DNA of 32,000 bases from the NCBI RefSeq assembly GCF_005696695.1, contig NZ_CP040006.1, positions 1,230,001 to 1,262,000 of the forward strand, in the 5' to 3' direction. Under the pieces are notes generated by a model that saw only the letters and a program-made list of their open reading frames with translations, was not told the DNA's origin and ran no database searches. Position numbers and translations under genes: made by a program. Shown piece after piece: positions 1-8,921 of this stretch. Positions within the stretch are counted from its first letter, which is position 1; every line of letters starts with the position of its first letter. Source of the DNA: Schaalia odontolytica. Its GTDB lineage: Bacteria > Actinomycetota > Actinomycetes > Actinomycetales > Actinomycetaceae.

Positions 1-87
1 GGACGCACCCAGCAGACCCGATCCGATGATGAGGACCGGGCCCGCTGTTTGCACGACGCGCGCGCCGACGCCGTCCGAGGTGTTCAC
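1..87 (-). CDS. N-terminal fragment of an NAD(P)-binding Rossmann-fold enzyme, possibly prephenate dehydrogenase; it continues beyond the window edge
   Basis: The minus-strand frame from GTG at 87 reads VNTSDGVGARVVQTAGPVLIIGSGLLGAS, which contains a GxGxxG dinucleotide-binding motif. The GTG overlaps the rluB stop as GTGA. The product guess rests only on the motif and the usual gene order after rluB in some actinobacteria. Confidence 0.4.
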   Translation of the reverse strand, partial: MNTSDGVGARVVQTAGPVLIIGSGLLGAS

Positions 88-833
88 AGTCCGACGGCCC
101 CGTACAGTGCGCTCAGCGCGTTGCCCTTCACGCGGCGGGTCGTTCCCTGCTTGAGATGGTCGAGAGAGATCGGACCAAAGCCCGTGCGGACGAGCTCGCG
201 CACCGGGTAGCCAACAGCCTCCATCATGCGGCGCACGAGGCGGTTGCGGCCCTCGTGCACGACGATCTCGACGGTCGTGATGTCGCCGTAGGTGTCAACG
301 ATGCGGAAGGAGTCAACCTTGATCGGGCCGTCCTCCAGCTCGATGCCGTTCATGAGGGTGCGCTTGACGCCGGGCTTGACCTCGCCGTGCAGACGCGCCA
401 CGTAGGTCTTGCGAATCTCGTACTTGGGGTGCGTCAGACGGTTCGCCAGCTCGCCATCGTTGGTCAGCAGGAGCAGGCCGGACGTATCGATGTCGAGGCG
501 GCCCACGTGGTACAGACGCTCGGGGTAGTCGGCGATCAGGTCGGCGATCGTGGGGCGGCCCTCCGGGTCGCTCATCGTGGACACGGTGCCGATCGGCTTA
601 TTGACGGCCAGGACGATGTGCTTCGTCTCATCCAGGATGAGGCGCTCGCCGTCGACGTGAATGACCTGCTTCGCCGGGTCCACGCGCACGCCCTGGTTAC
701 GGACCACGGTGCCATCGACGCTCACACGTCCGTCGGCGATCATCTGTTCGGACGCGCGCCTGGATGCGACGCCTGCCTGGGCGAGCACCTTCTGCAGGCG
801 CACTCCACCCTCTGTGTAGGGGTTAGCCCTCAT
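84..833 (-). CDS. rluB: 23S rRNA pseudouridine synthase, RsuA/RluB family
   Basis: A 249-aa ORF with an N-terminal S4 domain (VRLQKVLAQAGVASRRASEQMIADGRVSVDG). The catalytic-Asp motif is HVGRLDIDTSGLLLLTNDG. There is a GGAGGA SD, and the start overlaps the scpB stop as ATGA. Confidence 0.9.
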   Translation of the reverse strand: MRANPYTEGGVRLQKVLAQAGVASRRASEQMIADGRVSVDGTVVRNQGVRVDPAKQVIHVDGERLILDETKHIVLAVNKPIGTVSTMSDPEGRPTIADLIADYPERLYHVGRLDIDTSGLLLLTNDGELANRLTHPKYEIRKTYVARLHGEVKPGVKRTLMNGIELEDGPIKVDSFRIVDTYGDITTVEIVVHEGRNRLVRRMMEAVGYPVRELVRTGFGPISLDHLKQGTTRRVKGNALSALYGAVGL

Positions 834-1390
834 AGTTCTTCCTCCAATTCATCCAGCGCGTCGGCGTCTGGCAGGTAGGGTGCCAACGGTACCAGCTCCG
901 ACAGGCTCGTTAATCCCATTTTCTCAAGAAATTCCCCGGTCGTCCCGTACAGGCGCGCGCCAGACGGTGTCAGTCCCGTCTCTTCCACGAGGCCTCGGGC
1001 GAGCAGCGTACGCACGACACCGTCCACGTTCACCCCACGAATACGGCAGATTCGCGCCCTCGAAATGGGCTGACGGTAGGCAATGACCGCCAGCGTTTCG
1101 AGAGCAGCCTGAGACAGGCGCGCGTGCGAGGATCCGACAACGAAGCGCCCGACCACATCGGCGTATGCCCGTGCGGAATAGATGCGCCAACCGCCCGCCA
1201 CTTCGCGCAGCTCGAAACCGCGCGGGCGTTCCTGTCCCTCGCCCAGGTACTCGGCGGCGAGAGCGCGCAGGTGCTGTTCTATGTCCGCGCTACTCACGCC
1301 GAGGACATCAGCAAGATCGGACGCGGCAACCGGCTCCGAGGCCACCATCAGAATCGCCTCGATCGCACCGCGCAGCGTGGTCTCACTCAT
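830..1390 (-). CDS. scpB: Segregation and condensation protein B
   Basis: ScpB signatures are present (AIEAILMVASEPV, VIAYRQPISRARICRIRGVN). I chose ATG 1390 as the start because AAGGAG lies 9 nt upstream and it overlaps the scpA stop by 8 nt. The track start at 1414 is a TTG with no SD. Confidence 0.88.
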   Translation of the reverse strand: MSETTLRGAIEAILMVASEPVAASDLADVLGVSSADIEQHLRALAAEYLGEGQERPRGFELREVAGGWRIYSARAYADVVGRFVVGSSHARLSQAALETLAVIAYRQPISRARICRIRGVNVDGVVRTLLARGLVEETGLTPSGARLYGTTGEFLEKMGLTSLSELVPLAPYLPDADALDELEEEL

Positions 1391-2261
1391 CGGCGTCATC
1401 TCCTTCTGTGTCAATCACGGCCTCGGACGGGGACGAGGCCGTGGCTGAGTGCGCGTCACCGGCACCCGTATAGTCGTCCACATCGATGTCGATGCTTCCC
1501 TCGTCGCCGGTCCACTGAATCGTCAGCGTGTCAAGCGCCCCGTCTTGCTCAAACTCGATGGCTCCACGCCTATAGAGCTCCAAAAGCGCAAGGAAGCGAG
1601 AGACGACGACGGCTCGCGTGGGCGCATCCGCGACGAGCTCATGGAAGGTCATTCGGCCTGCTTCAGCGAGCATCGATGAGACGATCAGAGCCTGCTCGCG
1701 GACCGGAACAACGGGATCGTGCAGATGGGCGACCTGAACCGTCGGGCTCGTCGATGACAGGGCATCAGCAGCCAAACGAGCAAGGTCTTCGCGGGTTGTC
1801 AGCCACCGGAGATCGGGCAAGAGGCTCGCGAAATGCGGCTCGAGGGGCACGTCCCTGGCGATATACGAGCCGTACTCCCCCATCCGCGCGTCGATGTGTT
1901 TCGCGGCTTCCTTGAAAGCCCGATACTGCAGCAGGCGCGAGAACAGGAGGTCGCGGGCCTCCAGGTCAGCCTCGGACGCGTTATCCTCCTCGTCAACGCT
2001 GGGCAGCAAGTGAGCGGCCTTCATGTCGAGTAGCGTCGCCGCGACTACCAGGAATTCGGTCGTGCGCGACAGATCCGGGGACGCCTTCATAAAGGCGATG
2101 AACTCGTCGGTCACCTGCGCGAGTGCGACCTCGGTGATATCGAGCTTCTTACGGGCGATCAGCGACAGGAGAAGATCGAAAGGACCTTCAAAAACCGGGA
2201 GCGAGACCGCGAAGAGGTCGAACTCCCCCTGAACCTCGAGACTGTCAGGCCGCGTCGCCAC
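1383..2261 (-). CDS. scpA: Segregation and condensation protein A (kleisin)
   Basis: The N-terminal ScpA signature FEGPFDLLLSLIARKKLDITEVALAQVTDEF is present. The track ORF (to 2483) runs deep into parA, so I use GTG 2261, which overlaps parA by 17 nt. The C-terminal tail is acidic. Confidence 0.82.
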   Translation of the reverse strand: MATRPDSLEVQGEFDLFAVSLPVFEGPFDLLLSLIARKKLDITEVALAQVTDEFIAFMKASPDLSRTTEFLVVAATLLDMKAAHLLPSVDEEDNASEADLEARDLLFSRLLQYRAFKEAAKHIDARMGEYGSYIARDVPLEPHFASLLPDLRWLTTREDLARLAADALSSTSPTVQVAHLHDPVVPVREQALIVSSMLAEAGRMTFHELVADAPTRAVVVSRFLALLELYRRGAIEFEQDGALDTLTIQWTGDEGSIDIDVDDYTGAGDAHSATASSPSEAVIDTEGDDADE

Positions 2262-3108
2262 GGGCGATGACTTCCCGCGCGAGTCGACGGTACGCGTGGG
2301 CGCCCGCGTGGTTGGGAGCGTAGGAGATGATCGGCTCGGTGGCCACAGAAGCATCCGGGAACTTGATCGTGCGACCGATACGGGTATCGAACACGAGGTC
2401 GCCAAAAGCTTCATGCAGGCGCTGCAGGACCTCACGCGAGTGCAGCGTGCGTGAATCGACCATTGTGGCGACGATGCCGTCAATCTTCAGGCGCGGGTTG
2501 ATGCGATCGCGCACCGTCTCGATCGTCTCAACCAGCAGGGCCACGCCACGCAGCGCGAAGAACTCTGCCTCGACCGGAACGATGACGCCGTGAGCGGCGG
2601 TCAGAGCATTGACCGCGAGCAAACCGAGGGAGGGCTGGCAATCGATGAGGACCACGTCGTAGTCGGATTCGACGTGACGCAGGACGCGAGCCAGGGCGCT
2701 CTCGCGGGCGACCTCGTTGACGAGCTGGACCTCGGCCGCAGACAGGTCAATGTTCGCGGGGATAATGTCGAGGTTCTCCGTCGACGTGTGGCAGATCGTC
2801 GCCTTAACGTCCGCCTTCGGGTTCATGAGCAGCGTATAGATCGTCTGCTCCATGTCGAGGGCATTGATGCCCAGGCCAACAGAAGCGGCACCCTGGGGGT
2901 CGAAGTCCACGATCAGCACACGGCGCCCGTACTCAGCCAGTGCGGCGCCCAGGTTAATGGTGGTCGTCGTCTTACCGACACCACCCTTCTGGTTGCACAT
3001 CGCGATCACACGGGCGGGACCATGCCCCGACAGCGGCGCGGGCACGGGAAAATCGACCGGCTCTTCGTGCAGGTCGGGCGTCAGCGTAGGGTGCGAGTTC
3101 GTGGTCAC
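2245..3108 (-). CDS. ParA/Soj-family ATPase (chromosome partitioning-like)
   Basis: It has the deviant Walker A motif CNQKGGVGKTTTTINLG and the ParA/MinD fold motifs VLIVDFDPQGA and VLIDCQPSLG. It sits upstream of scpA-scpB, as in mycobacteria. Confidence 0.9.
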   Translation of the reverse strand: MTTNSHPTLTPDLHEEPVDFPVPAPLSGHGPARVIAMCNQKGGVGKTTTTINLGAALAEYGRRVLIVDFDPQGAASVGLGINALDMEQTIYTLLMNPKADVKATICHTSTENLDIIPANIDLSAAEVQLVNEVARESALARVLRHVESDYDVVLIDCQPSLGLLAVNALTAAHGVIVPVEAEFFALRGVALLVETIETVRDRINPRLKIDGIVATMVDSRTLHSREVLQRLHEAFGDLVFDTRIGRTIKFPDASVATEPIISYAPNHAGAHAYRRLAREVIARGDAA

Positions 3109-3125
3109 GCCCCCATCCTAATTCA

Positions 3126-4073
3126 TCACCGCGCGGATGCGTCGGTGCCACGCGCCCGAGGGTGCGAGAGCGTAAAGACTTCGCGCAGCGCGGCGGCAGT
3201 CACTTGCGTGTAGATCTGAGTCGTCACCACCGACGCGTGCCCGAGAAGCTCCTGCACCTCGCGCACGGATGCACCACCCTCAAGCAGATGCGTCGCAAAA
3301 GAGTGCCGCAGCGTATGCGGAGACACCCGCTCCCCCAGCTGCGCGGCCTCCGCCGCGCGCCGGATCGCGGTCCACGCACTCTGCCGGGACAGCGCGCCTC
3401 CCCGGGAGTTCAGGAAAAACGCGGTGGATCCCCGGCCTCGTGCGGCGAGCGCTGGGCGGGCGCGCACCCGGTACGCGTCGAGGGCGTCCACGGCGAACGA
3501 CCCCACGGGAACAATCCGCTCTTTGCGCCCTTTTCCGAACAGGCGCACGACAGGAACGTCTCCGTCCAGGTCGAGGTCATCAGCGCTGAGCGAGACGGCC
3601 TCGGAGACCCGGGCCCCCGTCGCGTACAGGAGCTCAAGGAGGGCGGCATCGCGCAGGCCGATCGGAGAGTCGTCGGCGTGGGCGGCGTCCAGCAGTCGTC
3701 CCACCTCGTCGACGGACAGGGCCTTGGGGAGGTGCCGCCCCTGACGCGGGGCATGTAGCTGCGCAGCTGCATCGTTTCCGACCGCCCCCTCGGTCAGCGC
3801 GTACTTGTGGAGCCCGCGGATCGCCGCGGACGCGCGCGCCACCGACGATGCTGCCGCCGGAGTTCCTGTGACCTGCCCAGATGCCAGGCGCATCGTGTAG
3901 TCCTCGATGTCCCTGGGACTGATGTCTTCGACGTTGAGCTTCCCTTGGCGCTTCATGTCAAACGCGTAGCGGGCGACGTCGCGTCGATAGTTTGAAACTG
4001 TATGCGCAGACGCCCCCTTCTCGACGCGCAGATAGTCCACCCAGTCGCGAACGAGAGCTTCGAGGGATGTCAT
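3126..4073 (-). CDS. xerD: Site-specific tyrosine recombinase XerD
   Basis: It has a core-binding N-terminal domain (LRVEKGASAHTVSNYRRDV). The catalytic motifs are ATGARVSE, HTLRHSFATHLLEGG and LLGHASVVTTQIYTQV. The start is set at ATG 4073 (MTSLEAL...), because the 42 upstream codons of the track ORF have no family match. Confidence 0.85.
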   Translation of the reverse strand: MTSLEALVRDWVDYLRVEKGASAHTVSNYRRDVARYAFDMKRQGKLNVEDISPRDIEDYTMRLASGQVTGTPAAASSVARASAAIRGLHKYALTEGAVGNDAAAQLHAPRQGRHLPKALSVDEVGRLLDAAHADDSPIGLRDAALLELLYATGARVSEAVSLSADDLDLDGDVPVVRLFGKGRKERIVPVGSFAVDALDAYRVRARPALAARGRGSTAFFLNSRGGALSRQSAWTAIRRAAEAAQLGERVSPHTLRHSFATHLLEGGASVREVQELLGHASVVTTQIYTQVTAAALREVFTLSHPRARGTDASAR

Positions 4074-4101
4074 GGTGACAGGGTAAGCGACTATGCAACA
4101 T

Positions 4102-4144
4102 ATGTGCGTGAGCGCTATCGGCATGCGCACATTTTCGCTAGACT
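4102..4144 (+). promoter_or_regulatory. Candidate tkt promoter and operator in the xerD/tkt divergent region
   Basis: A -10-like TAGACT lies at 4139-4144, but there is no good -35. A 7-bp inverted repeat, ATGTGCG (4102-4108) N17 CGCACAT (4126-4132), covers the expected -35 zone. Confidence 0.25.
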
Positions 4145-4200
4145 GTGACGCGGTAAACCATTTCCGCCCCAATGCAGGGGCCCAACAACTGGAGACCAAC

Positions 4201-6285
4201 GTGTCACTACACTGGGATCACATCGATGACGAAGCGGTCAAGACCGCTAAGCTCCTTGCCGCCGACGCCGTCGAGCAGGCCGGATCGGGCCACCCTGGCA
4301 CCGCTATCTCGCTCGCCCCCGCCGCCTACCTCCTCTACAACAAGGTCATGAACGTCGACCCGGCCGACCCGCGCTGGATCGGTCGCGACCGCTTCATCCT
4401 CTCGGCCGGCCACTCGTCGCTGACCCAGTACGTCCAGCTCTACCTGTCCGGCTTCGGTCTCGAGCTCGACGACATCAAGACCCTGCGCACCGCCGGCTCC
4501 CTGACCCCGGGCCACCCCGAGTACGGCCACACCAAGGGCGTCGAAATCACCACCGGCCCGCTGGGCACCGGCATCGCCTCCGCCGTCGGCTTCGCCATGA
4601 ACGCCCGCCGCGTCCACGGCCTGCTCGATCCCGAGACCCCGCTCGGCGAGTCCGTCTTCGACCACAACGTCTACGTCATCGCCGGCGATGGCTGCTTCGA
4701 AGAAGGCGTCTCCGCCGAGGCTTCGTCCCTGGCCGGCACCCAGGAGCTGGGCAACATCACCGTCATCTGGGACGACAACCACATCTCCATCGAAGACGAC
4801 ACCTCTATCGCCTTCAACGAGGACGTCCTGGCCCGCTACGAGGCCTACGGCTGGCACGTCCAGCGCGTCGACTGGCTCGGCGAGGACGGCTCCTACGAGG
4901 AGAACACCGCTGCCCTGAACGACGCCCTCGACGCCGCCAAGGCCGAGACCAAGAAGCCCTCGCTCATCGCGCTGCGCACCATCATCGGCTGGCCGACCCC
5001 CGGCAAGCAGAACACCGGTGGCATCCACGGCTCCAAGCTCGGCTCCGAGGCCCTCAAGGGCCTGAAGGAAGCCCTGGGCGCCGACCCCGAGAAGATGTTC
5101 GACGCTGACGCCGCCATCGTGGACGAGGTCCGCGCCCGCGCCGCCGCCCGCGCCGCCGAGTACCGCAAGGACTGGGACGCACGCTTCGAGGCGTGGAAGG
5201 CCGCTCACCCCGAGCAGGCCGCCCTGCTCGAGCGCCTCCTGGAAGGCCGCCTCCCCGAGGGTTGGGAAGCAGCACTGCCCACCTTCGAAGAGGGCAAGGC
5301 CATCGCGACCCGCGCCGCCTCCGGCCAGGTCCTCAACGCGATCGCCCCCGTCCTGCCCGAGCTGTGGGGCGGCTCCGCCGACCTCGCCGGCTCCAATAAC
5401 ACCTTCCTGAAGGGCGAGCCCTCGTTCCTGCCCGCGCACCGTTCCTCCTCGTCCTTCAGCGGCGACGAGTTCGGCCGCAACCTCCACTTCGGCGTGCGTG
5501 AGTTCGCGATGGGTGCCGCCCTTAACGGCATCGCCGCAGACGGCTTTACCCGCGCTTACGGTGGCACGTTCTTCGTGTTCTCCGACTTCATGCGCGGCGC
5601 CGTGCGCCTCGCCGCCCTCATGGACCTGCCCGTCACGTACGTGTGGACCCACGACTCCATCGGCGTGGGCGAGGATGGCCCGACCCACCAGCCGATCGAG
5701 CACCTGGCCTCCTACCGCGCGATCCCGAACTTCGCTGTCGTGCGCCCCGCCGACGCCGCCGAGACCGCCGCGTCCTGGAAGGCCATCCTCGAGCAGTCCC
5801 ACCCGGCAGCCATCATCCTGTCGCGCCAGAACCTGCCCAACCCGGCACGTGGCGAAGGCACCGGCCTGGCCACCACCGAGGACCTGGCGCGCGGCGCCTA
5901 CGTCCTGGCCGACACCGAGGGCACGCCCGACGTGATCCTGCTGGCCTCCGGCTCCGAGGTCTCCGTCGCCCTTGAGGCACGCGAAGCCCTGGCCGCCGAC
6001 GGCATCGCCGCCCGCGTCGTGTCCGTGCCCTGCCTCGACTGGTTCGAGGCCCAGGACCGCGAGTACCGCGACTCCGTCCTGCCCCCGTCAGTGCGCGCCC
6101 GCGTCTCCGTCGAGGCCGGCATCGCCCTGCCGTGGTACCGCTGGATCGGCGACGCCGGCCGCGCGGTCTCCATCGAGCACTTCGGCGCCTCCGCGCCGGG
6201 TGAACTCCTCTTCAAGGAGTACGGCATCGACGCCGAGCACGTTGCCGCAGCCGCGAAGGAATCCATCGAGGCCGCACGTTCGTGA
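4201..6285 (+). CDS. tkt: Transketolase
   Basis: Motifs include the TPP-binding SGHPGTAISLAP and GDGCFEEGVSAEA, plus the transketolase signature THDSIGVGEDGPTHQPIEHL. I chose GTG 4201 as the start because GGAG lies about 7 nt upstream. This gives about 694 aa, typical for actinobacterial Tkt. Confidence 0.95.
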   Translation: MSLHWDHIDDEAVKTAKLLAADAVEQAGSGHPGTAISLAPAAYLLYNKVMNVDPADPRWIGRDRFILSAGHSSLTQYVQLYLSGFGLELDDIKTLRTAGSLTPGHPEYGHTKGVEITTGPLGTGIASAVGFAMNARRVHGLLDPETPLGESVFDHNVYVIAGDGCFEEGVSAEASSLAGTQELGNITVIWDDNHISIEDDTSIAFNEDVLARYEAYGWHVQRVDWLGEDGSYEENTAALNDALDAAKAETKKPSLIALRTIIGWPTPGKQNTGGIHGSKLGSEALKGLKEALGADPEKMFDADAAIVDEVRARAAARAAEYRKDWDARFEAWKAAHPEQAALLERLLEGRLPEGWEAALPTFEEGKAIATRAASGQVLNAIAPVLPELWGGSADLAGSNNTFLKGEPSFLPAHRSSSSFSGDEFGRNLHFGVREFAMGAALNGIAADGFTRAYGGTFFVFSDFMRGAVRLAALMDLPVTYVWTHDSIGVGEDGPTHQPIEHLASYRAIPNFAVVRPADAAETAASWKAILEQSHPAAIILSRQNLPNPARGEGTGLATTEDLARGAYVLADTEGTPDVILLASGSEVSVALEAREALAADGIAARVVSVPCLDWFEAQDREYRDSVLPPSVRARVSVEAGIALPWYRWIGDAGRAVSIEHFGASAPGELLFKEYGIDAEHVAAAAKESIEAARS

Positions 6286-6308
6286 CTTTATAGTCAACCG
6301 AACTGAAG

Positions 6309-6354
6309 ATAGGGCTGCTGGCGCGCGGGGGCGTGCCAGCAGCCCTATTCTCTT
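6309..6354 (+). terminator. Intrinsic terminator after tkt
   Basis: A perfect 14-bp stem pairs ATAGGGCTGCTGGC (6309-6322) with GCCAGCAGCCCTAT (6335-6348). The loop is 12 nt and is followed by TCTCTT. Confidence 0.6.
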
Positions 6355-6454
6355 ACACATGTGTGGGTCCTCGGTCCCGTTCCATGTCCCCCCTGCGGGC
6401 GAAGCGTTCGGGTCCCGGCCTCGTCCTCACCCCTAGCGAACGGAGCGACCACTC

Positions 6455-7981
6455 GTGACCAACGAGATTCCCACCCTGCGCGATCCCCAGGACCGCAGGC
6501 TTCCGCGCATCTCCCCGCCGTGTGGCCTCGTCATCTTTGGTATCACGGGCGACCTTGCGCGCAAGAAGCTCCTTCCCGCCATCTACGACCTCGCCAACCG
6601 AGGCCTCCTCCACCCTGCGTTCTCTCTGACCGGCTTCGCCCGCAGGGACTGGAGCCCGCAGGACTTCGAGGAATACGTGCGCGTATCCATCGAGGCACAC
6701 ACCCGCACCGGCTTCAACGAGGGAACCTGGAACCAGCTGCGCTCGGGCCTGCGCTTCGTCTCGGGCACCTTCGACGACCCCGATGCCTACCGCCAGCTGG
6801 CCGACACCGTCGCCGAGCTCGACCACTCGCGCGGCACCGGCGGCAACCACGCGTTCTACCTGTCGATTCCGCCCTCATACTTCCCGGTCGTGGCCAAGCA
6901 CCTGTCCGACACAGGCCTCAACAAGCGTCAGGGCCGCGAATGGCGTCGCGTCATCATCGAGAAGCCTTTCGGACACGACCTGGCATCCGCGCAAGAGCTC
7001 TCCGACGTCATCTCGCAGATTTTCGACGAGCAGGATGTCTTCCGCATCGACCACTACCTGGGCAAGGAAACCGTCCAGAACATCATGGCGATGCGCTTCG
7101 CGAACGCGATGTTCGAACCCCTGTGGAAGGCGAACTACGTTGATTCCGTGCAGATTACGATGGCCGAGGACATCGGCATCGGCACGCGCGCGGGCTACTA
7201 CGACGGCATCGGCGCGGCCCGTGACATCATCCAGAATCACCTGCTTCAGCTCATGGCGCTGACCGCCATGGAGGAGCCCGTCCACTTCACGCCCGAGGAA
7301 ATTCGGGCGGAGAAGGAGAAGGTGCTCTCCGCGGTGCGCCTACCTGAGGACCTGGCCATCGATACGGCTCGCGGGCAGTACGCCGGCGGCTGGCAGGGCG
7401 GCGACCAGGTGCGCGGCTACCTCGAGGAGGACGGCATTCCGGCCGACTCGACCACCGAGACCTTCGCCGCGATCAAGCTCTTCGTGGACACGCGCCGCTG
7501 GGCGGGCGTGCCCTTCTACCTGCGCGCCGGCAAGCGCCTCGGCAAGCGCGTCACCGAGATCGCCGTCATCTTCAAGCGTTCGGCCCACGTGCCCTTCGGC
7601 AACTCCGACCTCAGCGAGTCAGGCCAGAACGCGCTCGTTATTCGCGTCCAACCGGACGAGGGCCTGACCCTCAAGCTTGGCGCGAAGGTTCCCGGCACTT
7701 CCATGCAGGTACGTGACGTGACCATGGACTTCGCCTACGGCCACGCTTTCACCGAGGACTCGCCCGAGGCCTACGAGCGCCTCATCCTGGACGCGCTCGT
7801 CGGCTCCGCTCCCCTGTTCCCACACCAGCGCGAGGTCGAGGCCTCGTGGAAGATCCTCGACCCGATCCTGTCCTTCTGGGAGACCCAGGGTCAGCCCGAG
7901 CCCTACGCGCCCGGCACGTGGGGTCCCCAATCCGCGCACGACATGCTGGCCCGCGACGGCCGTTTCTGGAGGCTCCCGTGA
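6455..7981 (+). CDS. zwf: Glucose-6-phosphate 1-dehydrogenase
   Basis: It has the N-terminal NADP site FGITGDLARKKLLPAIY and the active-site signature RIDHYLGKETVQNI. The GTG start is preceded by GGAG. Confidence 0.95.
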   Translation: MTNEIPTLRDPQDRRLPRISPPCGLVIFGITGDLARKKLLPAIYDLANRGLLHPAFSLTGFARRDWSPQDFEEYVRVSIEAHTRTGFNEGTWNQLRSGLRFVSGTFDDPDAYRQLADTVAELDHSRGTGGNHAFYLSIPPSYFPVVAKHLSDTGLNKRQGREWRRVIIEKPFGHDLASAQELSDVISQIFDEQDVFRIDHYLGKETVQNIMAMRFANAMFEPLWKANYVDSVQITMAEDIGIGTRAGYYDGIGAARDIIQNHLLQLMALTAMEEPVHFTPEEIRAEKEKVLSAVRLPEDLAIDTARGQYAGGWQGGDQVRGYLEEDGIPADSTTETFAAIKLFVDTRRWAGVPFYLRAGKRLGKRVTEIAVIFKRSAHVPFGNSDLSESGQNALVIRVQPDEGLTLKLGAKVPGTSMQVRDVTMDFAYGHAFTEDSPEAYERLILDALVGSAPLFPHQREVEASWKILDPILSFWETQGQPEPYAPGTWGPQSAHDMLARDGRFWRLP

Positions 7982-8919
7982 TCATCACCCTGAAGAACAC
8001 CACGTCGGCCGAGGTCGCCTCCCGCATCGTGGAGCTGCGCGACGAGCGCGGTTCCGCCGCCCTGAGCCGTGTCCTCACGCTGCTCATCTGCGTGCCCGAC
8101 CTCATCGACGTCGACAACGCCATCGAGGTCTCCGACGCGGTCTCGCGCGAGCATCCCTGCCGCGTGATCGTCATCGTCGAGCCCGAGTCCACCGAGGGCA
8201 CGGCGCGTCTGAACGCACAGATCCGCGTCGGCGACGCAGCGGGCCTGTCCGACATCATCATCCTGGAGCCTCGCGGTGAGGCCGCGTCGAACATCGACTC
8301 GCTCGTCATGCCGCTTCTCCAGTCGGATACTCCGGTCGTCACGTACTGGCCGGTCGTTCCCCCGCAGAATCCTGGCGCGCACCCGCTTGGTCGCCTCGCG
8401 GTCAAGCGCATCACCGATTCGCGCGCAACCGAATGCCCCATGGATACCCTGTCGGCCCTCTCGGCCGTGTACACCCCCGGCGACACGGATCTCGCGTGGG
8501 CCGGCGTCACGCTGTGGCGCGCGCTGCTCGCGGCTATCGCCGAGGACTTTGACCGTCTGCCGACGTCGATCCGCGTCGCGGGTAATGCGACGCATCCCTC
8601 GCCGTTCCTCGTGGCCGCATGGCTGCATCACCAGCTGGGCGTGCCCGTCGAGCGAGTCGTAGATCCCGATGCCCACACGATCACGGACATCACGTTCTTC
8701 TTCGACGACGGCACGACCGTCTCGCTGTCGCGTAGCGCCTCCTCGTCGGTCGCGCGCTTGTCGCGCCCGGGCCTCGAAGATCGCTCCGTGAACCTCGCCC
8801 GCCGCTCCGTGCAGGACTCCCTCATGGAGGATCTGCGTCGCATGGATCCGGACGTCTACTATGGCGAGCTCCTCACCAAAGAGCTCCCGCGGCTGGCTGC
8901 ATGCTCTGAGGGTGAGTGA
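7978..8919 (+). CDS. opcA: OpcA, glucose-6-phosphate dehydrogenase assembly protein
   Basis: It starts at GTG 7978, which overlaps the zwf stop as GTGA. The N-terminus VIITLKNTTSAEVASRIVELR resembles OpcA N-termini, and the conserved zwf-opcA-pgl order supports the call. The upstream 44 codons of the track ORF lie inside zwf. Confidence 0.85.
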   Translation: MIITLKNTTSAEVASRIVELRDERGSAALSRVLTLLICVPDLIDVDNAIEVSDAVSREHPCRVIVIVEPESTEGTARLNAQIRVGDAAGLSDIIILEPRGEAASNIDSLVMPLLQSDTPVVTYWPVVPPQNPGAHPLGRLAVKRITDSRATECPMDTLSALSAVYTPGDTDLAWAGVTLWRALLAAIAEDFDRLPTSIRVAGNATHPSPFLVAAWLHHQLGVPVERVVDPDAHTITDITFFFDDGTTVSLSRSASSSVARLSRPGLEDRSVNLARRSVQDSLMEDLRRMDPDVYYGELLTKELPRLAACSEGE

Positions 8920-8921
8920 CA

